Assembly: GCA_042216675.1 (NCBI GenBank)
Contig: JBDGTS010000006.1
Location: 1 to 55,018 of the forward strand
DNA length: 55,018 bases
Direction of reading: 5' to 3'
DNA from: Halobacteriaceae archaeon
Lineage (GTDB): Archaea > Halobacteriota > Halobacteria > Halobacteriales > Halobacteriaceae
Part shown: piece by piece, positions 10,075 to 19,349 of the stretch
Position numbering within the stretch: position 1 is the first letter of the stretch
Layout of the letters: each line of letters starts with the position of its first letter
Notes under the pieces: generated by a model
Seen by the model: the letters and a program-made list of their open reading frames with translations, nothing else
What the model was told of the DNA's origin: nothing
Databases searched by the model: none
Program-made: the position numbers and the translations under genes

Positions 10075-10755
10075 TCAATCTTCCGGGCGCAGTTCGGTCA
10101 CCAGCGACGCTAGCGTCTCCAGATCGAACTGGCCGGGCGCCGTCGCGTCGGCCGGGTCCACGGGCGCGTAGCCGATGCGAGAGCCGTACAGCGGCGCCAC
10201 CGCCCGCGAGTGCCGGCCGGCGGTCCCCATCGCCATCGTGGCGACCCGTTCGCCCTCGCGGTCGAGTTCGTGTGTCACCGAGAGCAGGTCCAACACGTCG
10301 GCGCGGTCCGTCGCGGTGACGGCGAGTTTGCCCACGTCACCCTGCGCCGTCGCGCTCCGGAGCGTCTCGCGCATCGACTCGGGGGCGGGCGTCGCCTCGA
10401 AGTCGTGCGTCGAGACGACGACCCGGGCGTCCCGGTCGTGCAGTTCGCTCACGAGGCCGTCGTCCCGGTCGCGGAGCGTCGCCAACTCGACGTCGACGGC
10501 GGCGACGGCGTCGTGGGCGGCCGCCGCGAGCAAGTCGTCGATGCGGCCCTCGTCGGTCGCCTCGCCGCCCTCCCACGTCGGGCGGTTCGTGGCGATGAGG
10601 GGGAGGTCGCCGCCGTAGGCGGCTAACTGGTCGCGGGCGTCGTCGGCGAAGTCCATGCGGAACTCGACGGCGTCGGCCGCGTCGCGGGCCGCCACCTCGT
10701 CGGCGAGGTCCGCAGTCGCGGCCGCGAGGACGAAGTCGTCGAAGCGGAGGTCCAT
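10075..10755 (-). CDS. aroD: Type I 3-dehydroquinate dehydratase
   Basis: ADAVEFRMD, LIATNR..WEGG, VVSTHDF, GDVGKLA, MAMG, TAPGQ. Confidence 0.93.
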   Translation of the reverse strand: MDLRFDDFVLAAATADLADEVAARDAADAVEFRMDFADDARDQLAAYGGDLPLIATNRPTWEGGEATDEGRIDDLLAAAAHDAVAAVDVELATLRDRDDGLVSELHDRDARVVVSTHDFEATPAPESMRETLRSATAQGDVGKLAVTATDRADVLDLLSVTHELDREGERVATMAMGTAGRHSRAVAPLYGSRIGYAPVDPADATAPGQFDLETLASLVTELRPED

Positions 10756-10794
10756 ACGCGCCGTCGGACCCGCGTGGTGAAAAAGGCGCCTACG

Positions 10795-11757
10795 TCAGGC
10801 GAGGATGCCGTCCTCGGCTTCCAGCAGTTCGTGGTAGCGGTTGCGGATGGTGACCTCGGAGATGTCGGCCACCTCGGAGACGGCGGCCTGTGTCGTCTTC
10901 TCGTTCGTCAAAAGCGACGCGGCGTAGACGGCCGCGGCGGCGAGGCCGACGGGGCTCTTGCCGGAGTGGACGCCCTTCTCCTTTGCCGTCTGCAGGAGGC
11001 CGCGGGCGCGGTGTTCGGCCTCCTCCGAGAGGTCGAGGTCCGAGGCGAACCGGGGCACGTAGGACTCGGGGTCCGCGGGCTGAATCTCGAGGCCGAGTTC
11101 GCGCACGACGTAGCGGTAGGTGCGCGCGACTTCGCTCTTCTCGACGCGGCTCACGTCCGCAATCTCGTCGAGGCTCCGCGGGACGCCGGCCTGTCGCGCG
11201 GCGGCGTACACACAGGACGTGGAGACGCCCTCGATGGAGCGGCCCGGCAGGAGGTTCTCGTCCAGTGCGCGGCGGTAGATGACCGACGCCGTCTCCCGAA
11301 CGTTGTCCGGAAGGCCGAGTGCGGAGGCCATCCGGTCGATTTCGCCCAGCGCCTGCTTGAGGTTGCGCTCCTTGGCGTCGCGGGTGCGGAAGCGCTCGTT
11401 CCACTTGCGGAGGCGCTGCATCTTCTGGCGCTGGCGGGAGTCCAGCGAGTTGCCGTAGGCGTCCTGGTCGCGCCAGTCGATGTTGGTCGACAGCCCCTTG
11501 TCGTGCATCGTGTTGGTCGTGGGGGCGCCGACGCGGGACTTCTCGTCCTTCTCGCGGGCGTCGAAGGCGCGCCACTCGGGGCCGCGGTCGATGCCTTCCT
11601 CTTCGACGACGAGGCCACAGTCGGCACACACCGTCTCGGCGTGGCCGTCGTCGGTGACCAGAACCCCGTCACACTCGGGGCAGGTCTCCGCGTGCGTGTC
11701 CCCGTCCTCTGTCTGTTCGCTCTCGTCTGTTCGAGTTCTGATTTGCGAGTCCGTCAT
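10795..11757 (-). CDS. tfb: Transcription initiation factor IIB
   Basis: Zn ribbon CPEC…CADCG, IDRGPEWRAF, SRVGAP, two cyclin repeats, TIRNRY. Confidence 0.98.
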   Translation of the reverse strand: MTDSQIRTRTDESEQTEDGDTHAETCPECDGVLVTDDGHAETVCADCGLVVEEEGIDRGPEWRAFDAREKDEKSRVGAPTTNTMHDKGLSTNIDWRDQDAYGNSLDSRQRQKMQRLRKWNERFRTRDAKERNLKQALGEIDRMASALGLPDNVRETASVIYRRALDENLLPGRSIEGVSTSCVYAAARQAGVPRSLDEIADVSRVEKSEVARTYRYVVRELGLEIQPADPESYVPRFASDLDLSEEAEHRARGLLQTAKEKGVHSGKSPVGLAAAAVYAASLLTNEKTTQAAVSEVADISEVTIRNRYHELLEAEDGILA

Positions 11758-11824
11758 GGTGAAAACCGCGGTTCCGGGCGGTGCCCGGGCAGTTGCGTGG
11801 AAGTTACATGGCCCGAACGCGTCC

Positions 11825-13669
11825 TTAAGCCTTGCCTTCTCCCGACGGCTCCTCCACCGCGCGCTCCACCTCTCGGCTGGACTCGACGGCCCGCGTGAGC
11901 GAGACGTTCAACACGAGCGTCGAGACGACGCCGCCGGCCACCGTGACGGCGTTCTTGACGGCGTGGTCCACGATGGCCGCCCCGAGCGCCACGGCGGGGC
12001 CGATGGGCGTCAGCGCCACCACGAGGAGCGTGAACGCGCCCTCGTAGAGGCCGATGCCGCCCGGCGAGAGCGGCAGGACCTTCGCGAGGTTGCCGACGCT
12101 CACGGCGAAGAAGCCGACGGCCAACAGCGTCCCCGGCGCCAGCGACACGTCGAACGCCACGAGGACGAGGAGCGCCGTCGCGACGTCGATGCCCCAGATG
12201 AGGAGACTCGACGCGCCGACGCGGGCGAACGCGCTCCGGTCCCCGGCGACGGCCTGCACGTCGCCGACGAACCGCTCGACGATGTCAGCGACCCAGTTCG
12301 CGTAGGAGTCGTCGCTGAACCGCCCGAGGAGGGGGCGGACGACGGCCCTCTCGGACCGGGCGCTGACGACGATGGCGGCGACGGCGCACATCGCCGCGAG
12401 ACCCACCGCGGCGGCGACGAGGACGGCCGTGGACCCGCTCTTGGCGGTGTCGCCGCCCACCGCGTCGCCGGACGCCGCGGTGACGATGGCGTCCACCTGC
12501 TCGGGGCTGACGGCCGCGAGGCCGACCAGCACGCTCCCGGCGAGGACGGTGATGGTCAGCAGGTCGAACACCCGTTCGACGGCGAGCGACGCGAACCCGG
12601 AGGCGTAGGGGATGTTCCGCCGGGCCTTCACGACGTACGCTCTGACGGCGTCGCCCGCGCGCGCCGGGAACACCAGATTGCCGGTCTGTGAGATGAAGAT
12701 GGCGCCCGTGAGGAAGCCGACGCTCTCGCGGTAGCCGAGTTCCGAGAGGATGTCGCGGTAGCGGAGACCCCGGAGCGGCCACGAGACGACGTAGACGGCG
12801 CCCCCGAGGGCCACCAGCGCGGGGTCGGCGGCCCGCATCTCCGAGAGGACGGCGCTCGGGTCGAGATACTGCGTCATCAGGGCCAGCGCCGCGACGACGA
12901 GCAGAACGCCGACGGCGATGCCGGTGCGCCGGCCGACGCGGGGCCGAACGGCGAACTCCCACCAGCATCGGAGAATCTGGCTCCCCATTCCCAGCACGTC
13001 GCGGACGAGGTCCACCGACGTGTCGCCCTTTGGCTCCCACTCGACGGGGAACTCCTTCACGCGGTAGCCCCGGCGCTGGGCGCGTACGAGCATCTCGGTG
13101 TCCCAGAACCAGTGGTCGTCGCCCACGTCGGCGGCGAGGTCCGTCATGGCGTCGCGGCTGAAGGCCTTGAAGCCACACTGGTGGTCGCGCAGGTCCGAGC
13201 GGAGCAGGGTCCGCACGAGGAAGTTGAAGCCACGCGAGGGCACGCCGCGCTTCGCGGGTCGGTCGGCCTCGTGGCCGGGGAGCCACCGCGACCCGGTGGC
13301 CACGTCGTACTCGCCGGAGCGGACGCTCTCGATGAGTTCTTCGAGGTGACGCATGTCCGTCGCCATGTCCGTGTCGAAGTAGGCGAGCGTGTCGCCGTGT
13401 GCGGCCTCGAAGGCGCGTTCGAGGGCGCGGCCCCGGCCGAGTCGTTCGTCGCTGTGGAAGTGCCGCACGCGGGGGTCGTCCTCCGCGAGTCGGGCCGCGA
13501 TTTCGGGCGTCTCGTCCGCACAGCCGTCCTCGGCCACGATGACCTCGTAGGCGTCGGCGGGGAGGAAGGCGTCGAGGGCGGTCAGCGTCCGCGCCACCGT
13601 CTCCTCGATGGTGGCCGCCTCGTTGTAGGCGGGAAGGACGACGCTGACCTCGACGGGACGGTCGGGCAT
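11825..13669 (-). CDS. aglD: AglD-like dolichol-phosphate glycosyltransferase (GT2) fused to a flippase-like/LPG-synthase TM domain
   Basis: VSVVLPAYNE, AEDG, YFDTD, DHQCGFK, WFWDTE, then a multi-TM domain with NLVFPARAGD, SLAVERVFD and PLSPGGIGLYE. Start at MPDRPVEV. Confidence 0.88.
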   Translation of the reverse strand: MPDRPVEVSVVLPAYNEAATIEETVARTLTALDAFLPADAYEVIVAEDGCADETPEIAARLAEDDPRVRHFHSDERLGRGRALERAFEAAHGDTLAYFDTDMATDMRHLEELIESVRSGEYDVATGSRWLPGHEADRPAKRGVPSRGFNFLVRTLLRSDLRDHQCGFKAFSRDAMTDLAADVGDDHWFWDTEMLVRAQRRGYRVKEFPVEWEPKGDTSVDLVRDVLGMGSQILRCWWEFAVRPRVGRRTGIAVGVLLVVAALALMTQYLDPSAVLSEMRAADPALVALGGAVYVVSWPLRGLRYRDILSELGYRESVGFLTGAIFISQTGNLVFPARAGDAVRAYVVKARRNIPYASGFASLAVERVFDLLTITVLAGSVLVGLAAVSPEQVDAIVTAASGDAVGGDTAKSGSTAVLVAAAVGLAAMCAVAAIVVSARSERAVVRPLLGRFSDDSYANWVADIVERFVGDVQAVAGDRSAFARVGASSLLIWGIDVATALLVLVAFDVSLAPGTLLAVGFFAVSVGNLAKVLPLSPGGIGLYEGAFTLLVVALTPIGPAVALGAAIVDHAVKNAVTVAGGVVSTLVLNVSLTRAVESSREVERAVEEPSGEGKA

Positions 13670-13843
13670 CGGGACGCAACTCCGCCAGCCGCGGGTAAGA
13701 ACCTTCTGGAGATTAGCCCCGCGTACCAACCCGGCCGCGCGCGCCGGTCCTGCGGGGGTCGTCGCCCCGAGAAACCCGGGGAAGGCAGTCGATTAACCGC
13801 GTGTACCAAATCCCCTATGGGGCGGAGTCGCAAAGGGACGCAT

Positions 13844-14098
13844 ATGAGCGCAACCGCGTCCACCGCCGACGCCGCCGAGGCGACTCGTCTGACCGAGAAA
13901 CAGCGCGACATCCTCGCGTACCTCCGCGAGAACGCCGACCAGCAGACGTACTTCAAGTCGCGCCTCATCGGCGAAGCGCTGGACCTCTCGGCGAAGGAAG
14001 TCGGCACGAACATGCCCGCCCTCGCCGAGAGCGACGTGGGACTCGACGTGGAGAAGTGGGGCTACTCCTCGGCGACGACGTGGAAAGTGACGGCCTAA
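13844..14098 (+). CDS. Small winged-helix-like protein (haloarchaeal DUF7123-like)
   Basis: 84 aa MSATAS…YFKSRLIGEALDLSAKEVG…VEKWGYSSATTWKV. It is the C-terminal part of track ORF 13112..14098. Confidence 0.82.
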   Translation: MSATASTADAAEATRLTEKQRDILAYLRENADQQTYFKSRLIGEALDLSAKEVGTNMPALAESDVGLDVEKWGYSSATTWKVTA

Positions 14099-14961
14099 AC
14101 GTCCGGCGCCGGCACGGGACTCTCCCTGTCCCGCGCCATCAGGTCGGCCTGTCGGTCCTCGCTCATCGCCTCGTGGTTCTCGCCGGCGTTCAGAACCATC
14201 GTCACCAGTTTCGGGTCCCCCGGATTCGTGATTGTCGTCACCCCGCGCGACAGCGCGAAGTCGAGACAGTCCTGAATCTCGGCCTGCGTCTCCACGGGAC
14301 GATACCACGTTCCATAGGGCCTGTCGCGGCGCGGCGCCTCGTCGGGCCACGGGCCGCGCGCGAACGCCTTCGTCCCGATGACACCGACGTTCTCCCGGTT
14401 CGCCTTCTCCACGAGTCGCCCGAAGTCGTGGGCGGGGTCCTCGGAGCCTTCGAGGACGTAGTTGAACGGGAACATCACCGACGAGAGGTCGAGGCGGTCC
14501 ATCGCGTCCGCGACGACGTCCGGGTGACCGTGGCTCGTCAGGCCCACGTGGTCCACGAGACCCTCCGCCTGTGCCTCCCGAACGGCCCGGAGCGCCCCGT
14601 CTTCGGCCGTAATCCGGTCTATCTCGTCGTGGTGCGTGACCGCGTGGAACTGATACAGGTCGATTTGCTCGACGCCCATCCGGGCCAGCGAGCGATCGAG
14701 TTCCGCCCGCGCCGCCTCGTAGTCTCGCTCGCGGGTCTTGCACCCGAGAAACAGTTGGTCGCGGTGTTCGTTCAGCTTCGGGCCGAGTTTCAGTTCGGCG
14801 TCGCCGTACGTCGGCGCCACGTCGACGTGCGTGACGCCGCGGTCAACCGCGAGTTCGACGAGGTGGTTCGCCCCCTCGTGGGTGAGGTACTGGAGCGCGT
14901 ACGCGCCGAGCGTGACGACGGAACTCCCGTGGCCGGTGTCGCCGAGTGGCCGCGTCTCCAT
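14095..14961 (-). CDS. Aldo/keto reductase
   Basis: METRPLGDTG, DVAPTYG (Asp/Tyr), LGCKT, IDLYQFH. Confidence 0.9.
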   Translation of the reverse strand: METRPLGDTGHGSSVVTLGAYALQYLTHEGANHLVELAVDRGVTHVDVAPTYGDAELKLGPKLNEHRDQLFLGCKTRERDYEAARAELDRSLARMGVEQIDLYQFHAVTHHDEIDRITAEDGALRAVREAQAEGLVDHVGLTSHGHPDVVADAMDRLDLSSVMFPFNYVLEGSEDPAHDFGRLVEKANRENVGVIGTKAFARGPWPDEAPRRDRPYGTWYRPVETQAEIQDCLDFALSRGVTTITNPGDPKLVTMVLNAGENHEAMSEDRQADLMARDRESPVPAPDV

Positions 14962-15002
14962 GGCCTCTAGCGGGGCCGCCGGCAAGAAAAGCCTGCTCGC
15001 CG

Positions 15003-15614
15003 CTACGGGTCGTAGGCCACGAACGCGTCCGCCTCGTTCGCGAACGCGACGGCTCGCGGCCCGAAGGAGTCGGCGTAGCGCACGAGGAGCGTCAGCACGG
15101 TTTCGGGGCGGCGCACCGTGTAGCCGCCTTCCCGGGAGAGCAGGCCCGCGTCCGCGAGGTCGGCGGCGTGCGAACTGATGGTCGCGGTGGACACGTCGAG
15201 GGCCGCCGCGATGTCCTGTCCCGTCGCGTCGGGGTCCCGCAGGAGTTCGACCAACATTCCGCGTGGCGTCTCCTTCCGGAGGTAGCCGAGCGCTCGCTGT
15301 TCGAAGGCGGAGAAGCGACCGGCCGGGAAGAAGCGCCGGTAGTCGCCGTCCCGACGGGAGGTGATGGTTCCGTCGTCGGCGAGGCGGCGGAGGTGGTGTT
15401 GTGCCTCCCCGGTGCCGAGTTTGAGGTCGTCACGGAGTTTCGAGAAGTGAGCGCCCGGGGTGGCGGCGAGATAGCCGATGATGGCGCCCCGGGCCTCGGA
15501 GGGGTCTTCGGGCGACTCCTCGGCGCTCGCGACGTTCACGAGCGGGCTCGCGGCGCCGAGCGCTGCGAACCGGCGGAGGGTCGCCCGCTTGTCCTCGTCG
15601 ACACCGTCTGCCAT
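15003..15614 (-). CDS. Double winged-HTH (ArsR-like) transcriptional regulator
   Basis: PGAHFSKLRDDLKLGTGEAQHHLRRL and a second HTH, QDIAAALDVSTATISSHAADL. Start MADGVDED at 15614. Confidence 0.85.
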   Translation of the reverse strand: MADGVDEDKRATLRRFAALGAASPLVNVASAEESPEDPSEARGAIIGYLAATPGAHFSKLRDDLKLGTGEAQHHLRRLADDGTITSRRDGDYRRFFPAGRFSAFEQRALGYLRKETPRGMLVELLRDPDATGQDIAAALDVSTATISSHAADLADAGLLSREGGYTVRRPETVLTLLVRYADSFGPRAVAFANEADAFVAYDP

Positions 15615-15651
15615 TAAGCGTGTTACGCGGTCACGGGGCAAAAGGGTTCGC

Positions 15652-16782
15652 TTACGTCTCGTCTTCGCCCTCGTCCCCGAGGCGCTCCTCGATTTCGGCC
15701 TCCACGTCCTCGATGTCGGCGTCCATCTCCTCGATGACCTCCTCGGGGCTCTGAATGTCCGCCTCCGAGGCAGGCCCGGCGCTCGCGGCCTCCACGTCCT
15801 CGCCGAGGTTGCTGATGATGGCCTCGATGTCGTCGAGGCCGAGGAGTTCGCGGGTCTCCTCGTCGAACTCGAGGGAGTCGAGGGATTCGCCGCCGCCCAA
15901 CTCCCCGCCGCTGAGGTGTTTGCCGTACCGACTGACGAGCGACGTGAGTTCCTGTGGCAGGACGAAGGTGGTCGACTCGCCCTGACCGATGTTCTCCAGC
16001 GTCTCCATTCCCTTCTCGATGACCGCACGCTCGCCCATCGCGTCGGCGGCGCGCGCCCGCAGGACCGTCGAGATGGCGTCACCCTGCGCTTCGAGGATCT
16101 GGGACTGCTTCTCGCCCTGCGCCCGGATGATGTTCGACTGCTTCTCCCCTTGGGCCGTCTCGATGGCGGACTGGCGCTCACCCTGCGCTTCGAGAATCAT
16201 CGCCCGCCGCTTGCGCTCGGCGGACGTCTGTTGCTCCATCGCCTGTTGCACGTCCTGTGAGGGGTTGACCTCGCGCACCTCGACGGACTCGACCCGAATC
16301 CCCCACTCGTCGGTGGGTTCGTCGAGTTCCTTTCGGATGCGCGCGTTGATTTCCTGTCGCTTGTTGAGGGTGTCGTCCAGTTCCATGTCCCCCAGCACTG
16401 CGCGGAGGGTGGTCTGCGCGAGGTTCGAGACGGCCGTCTTGTAGTCGTCCACTTCGAGGAACGCCTTCTTGGCGTTCATCACGCGGATGTACACGACGGC
16501 GTCGGCCGTCACCGGTGAGTTGTCGCGGGTGATGGCCTCCTGTCGGGGCACGTCGAGGGTCTGGGTCCGCATGTCGAAACTGTACGTGTGTGAGACGAAC
16601 GGCGGGATGAAGGAGATGCCCGGTTCGAGGAGGCGGCGGTACTCGCCGAACACCGTCAGTGCTTTTTTGTCGTACGCGTCGACGATTTCGACCATCTGCC
16701 ACACCGTGACCGCCGCCAACAGCACCAACAGCAGCGGAACGATGGTGAAAAGCGGATTACTCAACGACTGTAACGGGACCAT
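15652..16782 (-). CDS. SPFH/Band 7 (stomatin-like) protein
   Basis: N-terminal TM, QEAITRDNSPV, LAQTTLRAVLG, EWGIRVESVEV, AERKRRA coiled coil, acidic tail. Confidence 0.95.
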   Translation of the reverse strand: MVPLQSLSNPLFTIVPLLLVLLAAVTVWQMVEIVDAYDKKALTVFGEYRRLLEPGISFIPPFVSHTYSFDMRTQTLDVPRQEAITRDNSPVTADAVVYIRVMNAKKAFLEVDDYKTAVSNLAQTTLRAVLGDMELDDTLNKRQEINARIRKELDEPTDEWGIRVESVEVREVNPSQDVQQAMEQQTSAERKRRAMILEAQGERQSAIETAQGEKQSNIIRAQGEKQSQILEAQGDAISTVLRARAADAMGERAVIEKGMETLENIGQGESTTFVLPQELTSLVSRYGKHLSGGELGGGESLDSLEFDEETRELLGLDDIEAIISNLGEDVEAASAGPASEADIQSPEEVIEEMDADIEDVEAEIEERLGDEGEDET

Positions 16783-16806
16783 GGTAACGCTTCTCGCTCG
16801 GGACCG

Positions 16807-17334
16807 TTAAGCGTTCGTGTCATTTCCGTCCTGCTCTCGGGCGAGTTCCCTGTCGATGTCGTCGAGCGATTCGACGGACTCGACGGTCAGCACCGACCCC
16901 CCGCCGGGGTCCACGACGATGATTTCGGTGCCTGCGGCGATCTCGCCGTCGACGGAGCGCGCGGAGAACGTGGGGTCGAAGCCGCCGTCCCGGAGTTCGA
17001 CGCGGCCTCGCTGTGGCGTCACGCGTTCGGTGACGACGCCGCGCTGACCCACGAGCGTCTCCGAGTCGCTCGTGCGGGCGATGCCTTTCCCCCCGTAGAA
17101 GTCGAACGTGCGGTACACGTACAGCGACATCGCACCGACGGCCACCACCAGTCCCGCGGCGACGAGTGGCTGGGCCAGCGGCGGCACGAGCAGGCCGATG
17201 AGGCCCGCGCCCAGCAGAGCGACGCCGAGGACGATGAAGTGCGCGCCCGGCGCCATCGCCTCCGCCACGATGAGCGCGATGCCCAGAATCGTCAGGAAAA
17301 GCGGAAGCGCGAGGCCGAGGACTTCCGGAGGCAT
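16807..17334 (-). CDS. NfeD family membrane protein (short form, OB-fold)
   Basis: 3 TM segments followed by LVGQRGVVTE…GRVEL…ARS..GEI..GTEIIVV. Canonical partner upstream of an SPFH gene. Confidence 0.9.
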   Translation of the reverse strand: MPPEVLGLALPLFLTILGIALIVAEAMAPGAHFIVLGVALLGAGLIGLLVPPLAQPLVAAGLVVAVGAMSLYVYRTFDFYGGKGIARTSDSETLVGQRGVVTERVTPQRGRVELRDGGFDPTFSARSVDGEIAAGTEIIVVDPGGGSVLTVESVESLDDIDRELAREQDGNDTNA

Positions 17335-17371
17335 GCCTGCAACTAACACGCCGTCACCAATAAAGGGCCCG

Positions 17372-17530
17372 TCACAGCGCCATTACGACGATGCTGCCAG
17401 CGGTCAACACGACGCCAGCGGCGACGAACAGCGCGTTCTCGACGCTCACCGACTCGCGTTCGAGGCCCGTTGACTCCTCGTCTTCCTCGAGGTCTTCGAG
17501 TTCGAACTTCCACCCGCGCTCGTCGCTCAT
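17372..17530 (-). CDS. Small acidic protein with a C-terminal TM helix (52 aa; not in the ORF track)
   Basis: Hand translation: MSDERGWKFELEDLEEDEESTGLERESVSVENALFVAAGVVLTAGSIVVMAL*. It fills the pyk-nfeD gap on the same strand and has an acidic, halophile-like composition. Confidence 0.72.
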   Translation of the reverse strand: MSDERGWKFELEDLEEDEESTGLERESVSVENALFVAAGVVLTAGSIVVMAL

Positions 17531-17560
17531 GGGGGCTGTAACGGCTCCCCGCTCAAATAG

Positions 17561-19312
17561 TCAGCGGCGCCGAATCTCGCCGTCGTAGACGACGCCGCGT
17601 TCGGCGTCGAGGGTGACCCGGGCGCCCGCGGGCACGTCGAGGTCCGCGTCGCCGACCATCGGAATCTCCAGTTCGCGGGCGACGACGGCCGGGTAGCCGG
17701 TGAGGCTGTCGTGGGGGTCGACGATGCCCGCGAGTTTCGTCACCTCGCCCGTGAACTCGCTGTCGAAGCCCCGGTCGAGGACGAGAATCGCCCCATCGGG
17801 GAGCCCCGTGAGGTCACCGTCCGGCGCGTGGGCCACCGGTCCCGTCGCGCGGCCGCCGACGACGGAGCGTCCGACTGCGAGCGTCTCCGCTGCGACGTGG
17901 ACTTTCAGCGTGTTCGCGGTGTCGGTGCCCTCCAGTTCGGTCATCATCCCGGAGACGACCACCACCGCGTCGCCGCTCTCGACGACATCCGCGTCGATGG
18001 CCACCTGTGCGGCCTCCTCGATGACGTCCCGAGCGGATTTCTCGCCGAGCGCCGCGTACCGGGCGTGGAGACCCCACGAGAGCGCGAGTTGGCGGCGCAC
18101 GCGGTCCTTCGGCGTCGCGGCGATGACTGGCACCCCCGGCCGGAACTTCGCCGTCTTGAGCGCCGTGTAGCCCGATTCGGAGGCGACGACGACGGCGCTG
18201 GCGTCCACGTCCCGCGCGAGGTAGCGCGCCGACCGAGCCAGCGCCTCCGTGCGCGCCTCGCTCGCCTCCGGCACGCGCTGTTCTCTGTTCTCGGCGTACT
18301 CCCCGCTCTCCTCGATTTCGCGGACGATGCGGTCCATCGTCTCGACGACGCGCACCGGGTGGTCGCCGACGGCCGTCTCCGCGGAGAGCATCACGGCGTC
18401 CGTGCCGTCGAGGACGGCGTTCGCCACGTCGGAGGCCTCCGCGCGGGTCGGCCGGCGCTGGGTCACCATCGAGTCGAGCATCTCCGTCGCGGTGATGACC
18501 GGACTGCCCGCGTTCTGACACCGGCGGATGATGCGCTTCTGTATCATCGGTACGTCCTCCATCGGGCACTCGACGCCGAGGTCCCCCCGCGCCACCATCA
18601 CGCCGTAGGCGGTGTCGAGGATGCCGTCGAGGTTGTCCACGGCCCCTGCCCGCTCGATTTTCGCGATGACCGGGATGTCCGCGTCGAAGGACTCCAGCGT
18701 CTCGCTCACCTCTAACACGTCGGCGGCGTCCCGGACGAAACTCGCGGCGACGAAGTCCACCTCCTTCTCGGCGGCGAGTTCGAGGTCCCGGCGGTCCTTC
18801 TCGGTCACCACGTCCAAGTCGAGGTCGACGCCCGGGACGTTGACGCCCTTCCGTCCGCCGAGGTCGCCGCCGCTCTCGACGCGGGCCCGCACCGCCTCGC
18901 CCTCGACCGACTCCACCACCGTCTCGATGCGACCGTCGTCGAGGAGCACTCTGTCGCCGGGCGAGACGCCGGCGATGCTCGTCGATAGGCCGACGCGCTC
19001 GGGAGTCGTCTCGTCGCCGGGCGCGAAGGTCACCACGTCGCCGTCAGCGAGTCTCACCGGTTCGTCGGTCGATGCGGTCCGGACCTCCGGACCCTGCGTG
19101 TCCAGCATCACTGCCACCGGCGCGTCCGTCTCGTCGTCCACGTCGTGGACCGTGTCGATGAGTGCGCCGCGGTCCTCGGGGGTGCCGTGGCTGGCGTTGA
19201 TGCGTGCGACGGTCATGCCCGCGTCGGCCAGCGCCCGGACCGTCTCGTGGTCCGCAGACGCCGGGCCGAGCGTGCAGACGATTTTCGCGTTTCGCGCGTC
19301 CCGCTCTGTCAT
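17561..19312 (-). CDS. pyk: Pyruvate kinase with C-terminal PEP-utiliser swivel-like domain
   Basis: KIVCTLGPAS, ARINASHG, DTQGPEVR, MVARGDLG, TATEMLDSM, PTRAEASDVANA. Confidence 0.98.
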   Translation of the reverse strand: MTERDARNAKIVCTLGPASADHETVRALADAGMTVARINASHGTPEDRGALIDTVHDVDDETDAPVAVMLDTQGPEVRTASTDEPVRLADGDVVTFAPGDETTPERVGLSTSIAGVSPGDRVLLDDGRIETVVESVEGEAVRARVESGGDLGGRKGVNVPGVDLDLDVVTEKDRRDLELAAEKEVDFVAASFVRDAADVLEVSETLESFDADIPVIAKIERAGAVDNLDGILDTAYGVMVARGDLGVECPMEDVPMIQKRIIRRCQNAGSPVITATEMLDSMVTQRRPTRAEASDVANAVLDGTDAVMLSAETAVGDHPVRVVETMDRIVREIEESGEYAENREQRVPEASEARTEALARSARYLARDVDASAVVVASESGYTALKTAKFRPGVPVIAATPKDRVRRQLALSWGLHARYAALGEKSARDVIEEAAQVAIDADVVESGDAVVVVSGMMTELEGTDTANTLKVHVAAETLAVGRSVVGGRATGPVAHAPDGDLTGLPDGAILVLDRGFDSEFTGEVTKLAGIVDPHDSLTGYPAVVARELEIPMVGDADLDVPAGARVTLDAERGVVYDGEIRRR

Positions 19313-19349
19313 ACCCCCCGTAGGGTGGGACCCCGCAAAAGGGCGCGGG

